Shown here piece by piece: positions 1-8,607 of a stretch of DNA of 32,000 bases. A program made the position numbers and the translations under genes. Positions within the stretch are counted from its first letter, which is position 1. Each line of letters begins with the position of its first letter. The DNA comes from Mucisphaera calidilacus (GTDB lineage Bacteria > Planctomycetota > Phycisphaerae > Phycisphaerales > Phycisphaeraceae), in contig NZ_CP036280.1 of assembly GCF_007748075.1 (NCBI RefSeq), forward strand, positions 810,001-842,000, read 5' to 3'. A model generated the notes under the pieces. The model ran no database searches. It was not told the DNA's origin and saw only the letters and a program-made list of their open reading frames with translations.

Positions 1-857
1 GCCACGAGACCGGGCGTGCCGTCCAGCGCGACCTTGCGCCCCACCTCGTGCCCTCCGTCATGGAACTCTCGGGCGTCGACGCCATGGTCGTCCTCCAGCG
101 GGCCAACCCCGAACTCGTCGCCAACGCACTCGCCTTCGGCATGAAGACCAACGCCTCCGCCACCTGCATCGCACCGCGACGGATCGTGCTCGTCGGTGAC
201 CACGCCGACCTTCTCCGCGAACTCCGCTCGGCCATCGACAGCCTCTCGATCAACCGCCGGCACCCCGCCTCCGACCGGTCTCTCGCACAACTCGTCACAC
301 GCGCCCGCGCCCTCGGCGGCACGTTCCACGGGAACACCGAAACCGGCCCGCTGCTCATCGACGACCTCCCGCCCGATGCCGAACTCTTCGAGCAGGACGT
401 CATGGCACCCGTTGCCTGTGTCATCCGCGTCAAGAACCGCCTCGAAGCCGTCGAGGCCGTCAACCGATCACCCTACGGGCTCGGCGCTTCCGTCTTCGGT
501 CCTGTCGGCGACGCCACCGAGGTCGCCGAGCGACTCGACGTCGGCACCGTCACCATCAACGACGTCATCGTGCCCACCGCCGACCCCCGACTCCCCTTCG
601 CCGCACGCAAAGCCAGCGGCTTCGGTGTCACCCGGGGCGAACAGGGATTGCTCGAACTCACGCGCACCAAGGTCATCACCGCACGGTCCTCACGCCGCCT
701 GCCCATGCACCTGCTGCCCGAGGCAGCGGCCGCGGCGGGCCAGGCCGTGCCCGCACTCTTTCAACTGATCCACGGCAACGGATGGTGGTCACGGCTCTCG
801 GCCATGACACGGCTCTTCCGTGCCTCACGCAGCCAGAACGAAGGGAAACGCCCATGA
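1..857 (+). CDS. Aldehyde dehydrogenase family protein, C-terminal part (5' end lies outside the window)
   Basis: Frame 3 is open from nt 3, with no stop before the ORF-track GTG at 48, so the gene enters from the left edge. ALDH hallmarks: VMELSG (ELGG-type motif), catalytic-Cys region NASATCIAPRR, and PYGLGASVFG. Stop TGA 855-857 overlaps the next gene's ATG (ATGA). Confidence 0.85.
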   Translation, partial: HETGRAVQRDLAPHLVPSVMELSGVDAMVVLQRANPELVANALAFGMKTNASATCIAPRRIVLVGDHADLLRELRSAIDSLSINRRHPASDRSLAQLVTRARALGGTFHGNTETGPLLIDDLPPDAELFEQDVMAPVACVIRVKNRLEAVEAVNRSPYGLGASVFGPVGDATEVAERLDVGTVTINDVIVPTADPRLPFAARKASGFGVTRGEQGLLELTRTKVITARSSRRLPMHLLPEAAAAAGQAVPALFQLIHGNGWWSRLSAMTRLFRASRSQNEGKRP

Positions 858-2461
858 TCCAGCCCATCCAAACAGACGACCGCGTCGTGGTTATCGGCGC
901 CGGACTCGGCGGACTCGCCGCCGCCTGCACCCTCGCCGCACGCGGGCACCGTGTCACCATCATCGAACGCAACGAGCACCTAGGCGGCAAGGCAGCCGTG
1001 CTCGAAGACGGCGGCTACCGCTTCGACATGGGACCCACCATTCTCACCCTGCCCGAGGTCCTCGAACGCATCGCCGGCGAGGCCGGACGCAAGCTCAGCG
1101 ACCTGCTCGACCTCGTCAAGCTTGAGCCGCAGTGGCGCTGCTTCTTCGACCAGACGGCCGGCGGCGGCGTCCTCGACCTCTTCGGCTCCAACGAGAAGAC
1201 CGTCGAGCAGATCCGGCAGCTTATCCCGGGCGAGAACGCCGAGAAGGTCGCCGCGGGTTATGAAGACTTCATCGACTACAGCCGCAGGCTACGCAGCATC
1301 AGTGACCGCTTCTTCTTCTGGAAACCCATCGGCGGCCTCAAGGACATGTTCGAGACACGGAGCATGTTCGACCTGAGCACCCTCAAAGACGTCTTCGACA
1401 TCCGCATGGGACGCTCCGTCGCCGGCATGATCCGAGGCCACGTCGGCGACGAACGCGTCTCCCAGATGCTCGACCACTACACCCAGTACGTCGGCTCCTC
1501 ACCCTTCGGATCCCCCGCCGTCCTCTGCGGCATCGCCGCCATGCAGGCCGACGGCGGGATCTGGTACCCGATGGGCGGCACCGGCGCCGTGCCCAAGGCC
1601 CTCGCCGAACTCGCCCAGCACCTTGGCGTCGAGGTCATGACCGGCGCCGAGGTCAGCCGGATCGAAACCCACAAGGGCCACGTCACCGCCGTCGAGCTGG
1701 AGAGCGGCCAGCGCATCCCCGCCCGCGCCGTCGTCTCCAACATGGACAGCGTCCGCACACACCGCGAACTCATCGGCGGCGACGTCGCGGGACGCTTCCT
1801 CAAGCGCCGCCAATACGAGCCCGCCTGCTCAGGCGTCGTGCTCTACCTCGGACTCGACCGCGCCTACGACCACCTGGCCCACCACAACTTCGTCTTCTCA
1901 CGCGACGCCGAGGAGGAATTCGACGCCATCTACCACAAGGGCCAGCCCGCCCCCGACCCCACCTGCTATCTCGCCGCACCCGCGCAGACAGAACCCGCGG
2001 TCGCGCCCGAAGGCGGCGACGCCCTCTACGTCCTCGTCCACACGCCCCACCTCCGCGACAGCCACGACTGGCGCCGCGACGGCTCGCTCTGGAAGGACTA
2101 CCGCGAGACCATCCTTCGCAAACTCGAAACCACGGGACTCATGCCCGACATCCGCGAACGCATCGTCGTCGAGCACGCCCTCTCGCCTCAGGACATCCAC
2201 GACCGATACCACGTCCTCAACGGCGCGATCTACGGGCTGGCCTCCCACGGCAAGTTCCTCGGAGCCTTCAAGCCCTCGAACCGTTCGCCCGACATCAAGG
2301 GCCTCTACCTCGCTGGCGGCGCCGCGCACCCCGGTCCCGGGATGCCCATGGTCCTCATGTCCGGCTGGATCGCCGCCGACGCCCTGGACAAGGACGCCGC
2401 GTCGCCACGGGTCACCAAGGGCACCACGCCCGCTCCCGAACTGACCGAAACCGTGGCGTGA
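854..2461 (+). CDS. FAD-dependent CrtI/CrtN/CrtP-family carotenoid desaturase/oxygenase
   Basis: Start taken at ATG 854 (MIQPIQTDDRVVVIGAGLGGLAAA), which puts the GxGxxG Rossmann fold at the N-terminus. The ORF-track start at 782 would add a non-homologous extension over the ALDH gene. Family motifs: IIERNEHLGGK, YRFDMGPT, and C-terminal GLYLAGGAAHPGPGMPMV. Confidence 0.85.
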   Translation: MIQPIQTDDRVVVIGAGLGGLAAACTLAARGHRVTIIERNEHLGGKAAVLEDGGYRFDMGPTILTLPEVLERIAGEAGRKLSDLLDLVKLEPQWRCFFDQTAGGGVLDLFGSNEKTVEQIRQLIPGENAEKVAAGYEDFIDYSRRLRSISDRFFFWKPIGGLKDMFETRSMFDLSTLKDVFDIRMGRSVAGMIRGHVGDERVSQMLDHYTQYVGSSPFGSPAVLCGIAAMQADGGIWYPMGGTGAVPKALAELAQHLGVEVMTGAEVSRIETHKGHVTAVELESGQRIPARAVVSNMDSVRTHRELIGGDVAGRFLKRRQYEPACSGVVLYLGLDRAYDHLAHHNFVFSRDAEEEFDAIYHKGQPAPDPTCYLAAPAQTEPAVAPEGGDALYVLVHTPHLRDSHDWRRDGSLWKDYRETILRKLETTGLMPDIRERIVVEHALSPQDIHDRYHVLNGAIYGLASHGKFLGAFKPSNRSPDIKGLYLAGGAAHPGPGMPMVLMSGWIAADALDKDAASPRVTKGTTPAPELTETVA

Positions 2462-2462
2462 T

Positions 2463-3254
2463 ATGAGCAAACCGGCCAGCGACACATGGTCCCCGAGTCA
2501 GCGATCCGCGTGGTGGTACCAGAAGTTCGCCGCCACCACCTGCCACCTCGTCGCAGGGACCTTTGGCCGTGTGCGCACCCTCAACGCTCCGCCGCCCATC
2601 GCCGACGACAAGCCCCTCATCATCGCCTCCAACCACCCCTCGTGGTGGGACCCGATGGTGGGACTCGTCGCCCTGCTCCGCTACTTCCCCGATCGGCCCG
2701 CCTTCGTCCCGATCGACCCCGAGGGCATGAACCAGCACCCGATCTTCCCGCGTGTCGGCTTCTTCCCGGTCGCCCCCAACACCGCCCGAGGCGCTCGCTC
2801 CCTGCTCCGACACGGCCGCGCCGCGCTCGAAACACCCGGCGGCCTCATATGGATCACCCCCGAAGGACGCTTCGTTGATCCCGGCCAGCGCCCGCTTCAT
2901 CTCAAGCCCGGCACCGCTGCGCTCGCGACCCGCGTGCCGAACGCCACACTCCTGCCCGCTACACTCGACTACCGCTTCGGCCCCAACCCCCGCCCCGACG
3001 CCAGGATCCTCTTCGGCCAGCCCATCGAAGCGAACAACCGGGAACCGGCCGACGTCCACGAGCAGCTCGCAGACAACCTGACCGCCAGCCTCGACCGGCT
3101 TGCCGCCACACCCGACGACGACCCCGCCTGGACCACCATCTTTGCCCCGCCCGACAGCATCACCCGGCGCTACTACCGACTCATCAAGGCCTATCTGAGC
3201 GATCCTCGCGCCTACGATTTAATGCACCTCAACGGAGACGCAGCTCATGACTGA
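2463..3254 (+). CDS. PlsC/LPLAT-family acyltransferase (carotenoid-glycoside acyltransferase role inferred from context)
   Basis: HX4D acyltransferase motif in IIASNHPSWWDP and block III ITPEGR. ATG 2463 lies 1 nt after the upstream stop. The 3' end overlaps the next gene by 8 nt. Confidence 0.8.
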   Translation: MSKPASDTWSPSQRSAWWYQKFAATTCHLVAGTFGRVRTLNAPPPIADDKPLIIASNHPSWWDPMVGLVALLRYFPDRPAFVPIDPEGMNQHPIFPRVGFFPVAPNTARGARSLLRHGRAALETPGGLIWITPEGRFVDPGQRPLHLKPGTAALATRVPNATLLPATLDYRFGPNPRPDARILFGQPIEANNREPADVHEQLADNLTASLDRLAATPDDDPAWTTIFAPPDSITRRYYRLIKAYLSDPRAYDLMHLNGDAAHD

Positions 3255-4389
3255 TGCGCTCACCATCGCGATCGCCGTCCTCGCCGCACTGCCCGCCGCG
3301 ATGATCGCCGTCAACCTGATCGTCTACACACGCCAGCCCCGCGACGCCGGTGAGATCAACGGCATCTCCGTCCTCATCCCCGCCCGTGACGAGGAAGAGG
3401 CCATCGAAGAGGCTGTACGATCGGTGCTCGACAGCGAGCGGGTGATCCCCTTCGAGGTCGTCGTTATGGACGACCACTCCACGGACCGCACCGCCGCCAT
3501 CGTCGAGAAGATCGCCGCCGAGGACCCCCGCGTAAGGCTCGCCCAGGCCCCACGCCTCCCCCGAGACTGGTTCGGCAAGCCCCACGCCTGCTGGTGCCTG
3601 GCCCGCGAAGCCCGGCACGACACGCTTGTCTGGATGGACGCAGACGTCCGGCTGCGACCCGGCGGCCTGCGAACACTCGCCAACGCGCTTCACCACAAAG
3701 AAGTCGCACTCGTCTCCACGGTCCCGCTGCAGCAGACGCGGACGCTCGCGGAGAAACTCATCGTCCCCCAGATCCTCTACGTCCTGCTTGGGTACCTGCC
3801 CATGGCCCGCATGAAGCAGGTCGCCTCTCCCGCCTACGGCGCCGCCTGCGGGCAGTTGATGGCCGCACGCCGCGACGACTACTTCGCCATTGACGGGCAC
3901 AAGCCCGTCCGCAATCTCATGCACGAGTCGCTCGCGCTCGCCCGCGCCTTCAGACGACAAGGCCGCATGACCGATCTCATCGACGGCACCAAGATCGCTA
4001 CCTGTCGCATGTACCGCACCGCCGGCGAGGTCTGGCACGGCTTCGCCAAGAACGCCCACGAGGGCATGGGCGCACCCGCCGCTATCGCACCGTGGACGCT
4101 CCTGCTGCTCGGCGCTCAGGTCCTGCCCTGGCTCCTGCTCCCCCTCATGCTCCTCGGCCCGATCTCTACTACTCCACTCGCCATCACCGCCACGGCCGTC
4201 GCGGTCGTATCCGCCGTCGTCTCCACGCTCGCAATCGGCATCGCCTTCCGTCAGGGCCCGGGCGCCATCCTCCTCCGCCCCCTCGGCATCGCTATGCTTC
4301 TCGCGATCCAGTGGTACGCCCTGATCCGCCACCTCGCTGGACGTCCCATCACTTGGCGCGGCCGTGCCTACGCCGCTGCGAACGGTTGA
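3247..4389 (+). CDS. Family 2 glycosyltransferase with C-terminal transmembrane segments (CruC/CrtQ-like role inferred)
   Basis: GT2 N-terminal signature ISVLIPARDEEEAIEEAVRSVL ... VVVMDDHSTDRT and a DAD-type motif in WMDADV. The C-terminal third is hydrophobic (WTLLLLGAQVLPWLLLPLMLLGP...). Confidence 0.8.
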   Translation: MTDALTIAIAVLAALPAAMIAVNLIVYTRQPRDAGEINGISVLIPARDEEEAIEEAVRSVLDSERVIPFEVVVMDDHSTDRTAAIVEKIAAEDPRVRLAQAPRLPRDWFGKPHACWCLAREARHDTLVWMDADVRLRPGGLRTLANALHHKEVALVSTVPLQQTRTLAEKLIVPQILYVLLGYLPMARMKQVASPAYGAACGQLMAARRDDYFAIDGHKPVRNLMHESLALARAFRRQGRMTDLIDGTKIATCRMYRTAGEVWHGFAKNAHEGMGAPAAIAPWTLLLLGAQVLPWLLLPLMLLGPISTTPLAITATAVAVVSAVVSTLAIGIAFRQGPGAILLRPLGIAMLLAIQWYALIRHLAGRPITWRGRAYAAANG

Positions 4390-4392
4390 GCA

Positions 4393-5031
4393 TCAGGGCG
4401 ACAGCCGTTCGATCGTCCACGCAGCATCACCCTCACGCCGGTATCGCAGCCTGTCGTGCAGCCGGCTTGTCCGGCCCTGCCAGAACTCGATCTCGAACGG
4501 ACGCACCAGGTAGCCGCCCCAGAAATCGGGCAGCGGCACCGCGCCACCCTCGAACTGCTGCTGCGCCCGCGCGTAAGCCTCCTGAAGCTCCTGCCGGCCC
4601 GAGAGCACGTGGCTCTGTTTCGACGCCAACGCCCCCAGCTGACTCTCTCGCGGCCTGCTATGAAAATATTGCTCCACGACGTCCCTGGGCAGAGGCGACG
4701 CCTCGCCACGCACACGCACCTGCCGGTGGTGCTTGTCCCAGTAAAACGACAGCGCCACCCTCGGCTGATGCCCGATCGCCAGCGCCTTGTCGCTCTCGAG
4801 ATTGGTGTAGAAGCGGAAGCCCGCTTCATCCACGCCCTTGAGCAGCACCACCCGTGCGCTCGGCGTGCCATCGGCACCCACGGTGGCCAGCGTCATCGCG
4901 TTCGGCTCGTAGATCGAGCCGTCGCACGCGTGCCCGAACCAGACCTCGAACTGCTTGATCGGGTCCGCGTCGACCTGCGACTCCAGCAGCGCCGTCTCGT
5001 CATACTCCTTACGCATCGCCTCAACGCTCAT
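4393..5031 (-). CDS. pdxH: Pyridoxamine 5'-phosphate oxidase
   Basis: ARVVLLKGVDEAGFRFYTN and FWGGYLVRPFEIEFWQGRTSRLHDRLRY closely parallel the E. coli PdxH motifs. The length (212 aa) is typical. The ATG overlaps the rluB stop (ATGA on the minus strand). Confidence 0.9.
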   Translation of the reverse strand: MSVEAMRKEYDETALLESQVDADPIKQFEVWFGHACDGSIYEPNAMTLATVGADGTPSARVVLLKGVDEAGFRFYTNLESDKALAIGHQPRVALSFYWDKHHRQVRVRGEASPLPRDVVEQYFHSRPRESQLGALASKQSHVLSGRQELQEAYARAQQQFEGGAVPLPDFWGGYLVRPFEIEFWQGRTSRLHDRLRYRREGDAAWTIERLSP

Positions 5032-5903
5032 GACTCGTCCTGCCTCGTGGCTTTCAATCCGACGTCGCGGTACAGCTTGTGGATCTCCATCCGCGTCAGC
5101 GGACGCCAGTGGCCCACCGACAGCCCCTTGAGCCGCAGCGGACCAATCCCCACACGCTTGAGCTTACGCACCTTCAAACCCACACGCGCCATCAGACGAC
5201 GAATCTCCCGGTTCTGGCCCTCGCTCAGCGTGATCCCCAGCAGAGTCCGGTCGCCACGCGTCCGGTCCACCTCGTGGCGGATGATCACCACCTCGTCCAC
5301 CGACGCACGCTTGCCCGCCGGCCCGCCCGCCCCCGGCTTCACCTTGCGGTCCGCCAGGTACAAGCCCTTGCGCAGCTTCTCCAGGTCTTCTTCTTCCAGC
5401 CGCCCCCGCACCGAGACGATGTAACGCTTGCTCACCCCATAGCTCGGGTGCGTCAGCCGGTTCGTTAATTCCCCATCGTCCGTGAGCAGGATCAGGCCCG
5501 TCGAGTCCGCGTCCAGACGACCCACCGGGTAGACACGCCGTGCCAGCCCCGGGTCGATCAGGTCCGTCACGCGCCGACGACCCTGCGGATCGTCCGTCGT
5601 CGAGATCACGCCACGCGGCTTGTGCAGCATCACGTAGGTGTGACCAAACCCGACGACGGCACGCTTCGGACCCTTACGCGGCTTCGCCAGCAACTCGCCG
5701 TCCACCACGATCCGGTCGGTCTGCGGGTCCACCCACACAGGCAGCGCACGCACCACCTCCCCGTTGACCGACACCCGCCCCTGCTCAATCAGCGCCTCGC
5801 AGTCGCGACGCGACGCCACGCCCGCCCGCGACATCGCCTTCTGCAGGCGCACGCCGTGGCTCGAATCACGCAGCGGATCATCGGTGGGCTTGGCATCACT
5901 CAC
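5028..5903 (-). CDS. rluB: Pseudouridine synthase, RsuA/RluB family, with N-terminal S4 domain
   Basis: S4 RNA-binding region VRLQKAMSRAGVASRRDCEALIEQGRVSVNGE and catalytic motif GRLDADSTGLILLTDDGEL. The GTG start overlaps the lptB stop by 8 nt. Confidence 0.8.
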   Translation of the reverse strand: MSDAKPTDDPLRDSSHGVRLQKAMSRAGVASRRDCEALIEQGRVSVNGEVVRALPVWVDPQTDRIVVDGELLAKPRKGPKRAVVGFGHTYVMLHKPRGVISTTDDPQGRRRVTDLIDPGLARRVYPVGRLDADSTGLILLTDDGELTNRLTHPSYGVSKRYIVSVRGRLEEEDLEKLRKGLYLADRKVKPGAGGPAGKRASVDEVVIIRHEVDRTRGDRTLLGITLSEGQNREIRRLMARVGLKVRKLKRVGIGPLRLKGLSVGHWRPLTRMEIHKLYRDVGLKATRQDES

Positions 5904-6681
5904 GGGTATCAGGCATCACGGCAGGGGGGTCCAGCCCCGGTTCCTGGTCGAACTCGTCGCCCCGGAACATCGAACCCAAATAGCTGTCACGAACCCGCTC
6001 GTCATTGATCAACTCGCGTGGCGTCCCCTCCGTCAGCAGCCGACCGTCCGACAGCACATAGGCGCGATCGACGATCTCCAGCGTCCGCTGCACGTTGTGG
6101 TCCGTGATCAGGATCGAGATGTCTCGCTGCGAACGCAGCCGACGCACCTCCACCTGCAGGTCCTCCACCGCCTTGGGGTCCACGCCGCTGAACGGCTCGT
6201 CCAGCAGGATCAGGGTCGGGTCCGAGATCAGCGCCCGCGCGATCTCCAGCTTCCGACGCTCACCGCCCGACAGCGTCCGGGCCGCCTGCCCACGCAGCTT
6301 CGTCAGGCCGAACTGCTCCATCAACTCCTCACAACGCTCACGCCGCTCCGACCGGCTCAGCGGACGCGTCTCCAGGATCGCCAGCAGGTTCTGCTCCACC
6401 GTCAGACGCTGGAAAATACTCGGCTCCTGCGCCAGGTAACCCATGCCGAGCTGCGCCCGCCGGTACATCGGCAGCTGAGAGATGTCCTTGTCGTGAAACA
6501 GAACCTTCCCCGAGTCCGGCCGTATCATCCCCATGGTCATGCGGAAACTCGTCGTCTTGCCGGCACCGTTGCGGCCCAGCAGACCCACGATCTCGCCCTC
6601 GCCCACGCGGAACGAGACGTCCGACACCACCTTCCTGCGACCGAACGTCTTCTGCAGACCTTGTGCTTCGAGCAACGACAT
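5896..6681 (-). CDS. lptB: LPS export ABC transporter ATP-binding protein
   Basis: Start set at ATG 6681 (MSLLEAQGLQKTFG); the 95-aa upstream extension in the ORF track is low-complexity. Walker A GRNGAGKTT, signature LSGGERRKLEIARAL, Walker B LILLDEPFSGVDP, H-loop ITDHNV, and LptB-type C-terminus RVRDSYLG. Confidence 0.85.
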   Translation of the reverse strand: MSLLEAQGLQKTFGRRKVVSDVSFRVGEGEIVGLLGRNGAGKTTSFRMTMGMIRPDSGKVLFHDKDISQLPMYRRAQLGMGYLAQEPSIFQRLTVEQNLLAILETRPLSRSERRERCEELMEQFGLTKLRGQAARTLSGGERRKLEIARALISDPTLILLDEPFSGVDPKAVEDLQVEVRRLRSQRDISILITDHNVQRTLEIVDRAYVLSDGRLLTEGTPRELINDERVRDSYLGSMFRGDEFDQEPGLDPPAVMPDTRE

Positions 6682-6753
6682 ATCCGCTAGGATAACGGCA
6701 CCGGCACCCGAGGGTATGCCGACACGATCCAAACCCCGATCACCGGAGCAGAC

Positions 6754-8607
6754 GTGAGCGGCATCGCCAACTGGTTCTGGAGGCTGGTGCCCGCCAACCC
6801 CCTCGTCGTGCGCATCGTCGGCAACGCCTCGAAGCGCACACCCCACCTCTGGCTCCGCTGCCTGTTCCTCGGCGTGCTCATCCTGATGCTCGCTCTCTCG
6901 CTGCTCGTCGCCGGGGCCTTCACCACCACGGGCGACGCCGGCCAACTCGCCGCCGCCGGGTCCCAACTCTTCGCCACCATCGCCTACGGGCAGCTCATCA
7001 TCCTCGGCCTGCTGGCACCCATGTTCCTCGGCTCGGCCCTCTCCACCGAACGCGCCAGCCAGACCCTCGACGTCCTGCTCACCACCCCCCTGAGCAACCT
7101 CCAGATCGTCCTCGGCACCCTCTTCGGTCGCCTCTTCTTCCTCGTCGCGCTCCTGCTCAGCAGCATCCCCCTCATGGCCGTTGTCCGCCTGCTCGGCGGG
7201 GTCCGAGGCGAAACCATCCTCCTCGCCTACACCGTCGCGGCGCTCATGCTCTACTTCCTCGGCGCCGTCGCCGTCACCCTCTCCAGCTGGCGCGTCGGCG
7301 GACGCAACGGCGTGCTCTTCTTCGTCATCGGCGTCGGCGGCTACCTCCTGCTCGTCTACGGCATCGACCTCTGGCTCCTCCGGCCCCTCGACGTCAACCG
7401 CGCCACCATCCTCACACCCCTACACCCGATGCTGGTCCTCACCACCTCGGTCAGCCCCGCCACCTACCAGACGCCCACCACCGCCGAACTCGTCGGATAC
7501 CCCTGGATCTTCGCCTGGTACCGCGCCCACCCCCTGACCGTCTTCACCCTCATCACCGCCGGTCTCGGCACCCTCATGCTTCTGGCCTCGACCATCACCA
7601 TGCGCAGCGGGCTTACCCAACGCGCTCGACGCGCCGAGGCCAAGCGATCCCGCGCCTCCACACAGGTCTGGTCCAACCCCGTCGCCTGGCACGAGTGCCA
7701 ACGCGTCGGACGCGGCTTCTTCGCAGTCAGCGCCAGGCTGATCCTGCCCATCACCTCCGTCATCCTCACCGTCCTGCTCCTAGCGTTCCACGCCGCCGAC
7801 ACCCTCACGCCCGCGCTCAACAACGCCGGCATCCAGCTCGCCTCCCACAACGTCGTCCACCGCTGCGTCGCGCTACTCGTCATCCTCCAGATGACCGTCG
7901 CCATCCTCATCGGCATCTTCTACGCCTCCTCCACCATCGCCCGCGAACGCGAAGACGGCACCCTCGACCTCATCCTCACCACGCCGCTCGGCGCCAACCG
8001 CTACCTCTGGGGCAAGGTCCGCGGCCTCCTCTCAGGCCTGCTGCCCATGGCACTCGGCGCCGTCGTCACCATCGCCATCCCCGCCCTCTACGCCCTCGTC
8101 GGCACGCGCCTGGGGTGGTCCTCCGCCTCCTTCACCGTCTACACCACCGTCTCGGCGACCGCCTCTGCCCAACGCGAGGTCCCCCTCGTCCTGCCCGAGG
8201 CACCCCTCTGGCTCGCCATCACCTACATCCCGGTCCTCGCCGCCGTCATCGCCATCGGGCTCGCACGCTCGATCACCGCGAAGAACGTCTTCGCCGCCCT
8301 CGTCCCCACGCTCCTGATGGGCTTAGCGCTGCTCGCGATCACCGGGTTCGTCGGCATGGCATCCGCCGCCTCGGGCGAGCTCTTCGGCGCGATCCTCAAC
8401 GCCACCAACCCCCTCACCCACGCGCTCATGCTCATCGACCCCTGGACCATCTCCGTCGCCTTCACCGACTACCCCACCGCCGGACGCGTTGCCCTCGCCG
8501 TCGGCTCCATCGTCGCCGCCGCCATCTACTCGGTGTTTGTCTACGGCCGCATCTCGATGACCATCAAGGGCTTCGACCACGCCATCCGCAAGCGAACCCA
8601 CGCTTAA
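6754..8607 (+). CDS. Internally duplicated ABC-2 family transporter permease
   Basis: Polytopic membrane protein carrying the ABC-2 permease motif twice: ERASQTLDVLLTTPL (about nt 7040) and EREDGTLDLILTTPL (about nt 7940). GGAG at 6744-6747 sits 6 nt before GTG 6754. Confidence 0.7.
   Translation: MSGIANWFWRLVPANPLVVRIVGNASKRTPHLWLRCLFLGVLILMLALSLLVAGAFTTTGDAGQLAAAGSQLFATIAYGQLIILGLLAPMFLGSALSTERASQTLDVLLTTPLSNLQIVLGTLFGRLFFLVALLLSSIPLMAVVRLLGGVRGETILLAYTVAALMLYFLGAVAVTLSSWRVGGRNGVLFFVIGVGGYLLLVYGIDLWLLRPLDVNRATILTPLHPMLVLTTSVSPATYQTPTTAELVGYPWIFAWYRAHPLTVFTLITAGLGTLMLLASTITMRSGLTQRARRAEAKRSRASTQVWSNPVAWHECQRVGRGFFAVSARLILPITSVILTVLLLAFHAADTLTPALNNAGIQLASHNVVHRCVALLVILQMTVAILIGIFYASSTIAREREDGTLDLILTTPLGANRYLWGKVRGLLSGLLPMALGAVVTIAIPALYALVGTRLGWSSASFTVYTTVSATASAQREVPLVLPEAPLWLAITYIPVLAAVIAIGLARSITAKNVFAALVPTLLMGLALLAITGFVGMASAASGELFGAILNATNPLTHALMLIDPWTISVAFTDYPTAGRVALAVGSIVAAAIYSVFVYGRISMTIKGFDHAIRKRTHA

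Noticed and set aside
782-853. Longer N-termini offered by the ORF track (782 for the CrtI-family gene, 6966 for lptB, 23933 for aroA, 27544 for the redoxin, 31360 for the pentapeptide protein, 9839 for the RnfD-like gene)
   Set aside because: In each case the extension overlaps the neighbouring gene or intergenic DNA and has no family similarity. An internal start restores the canonical N-terminus (Rossmann fold, MSLLEAQGL, MSDYPRQL, signal peptides), often with a Shine-Dalgarno-like GGAG/AAGGAG at the right distance.
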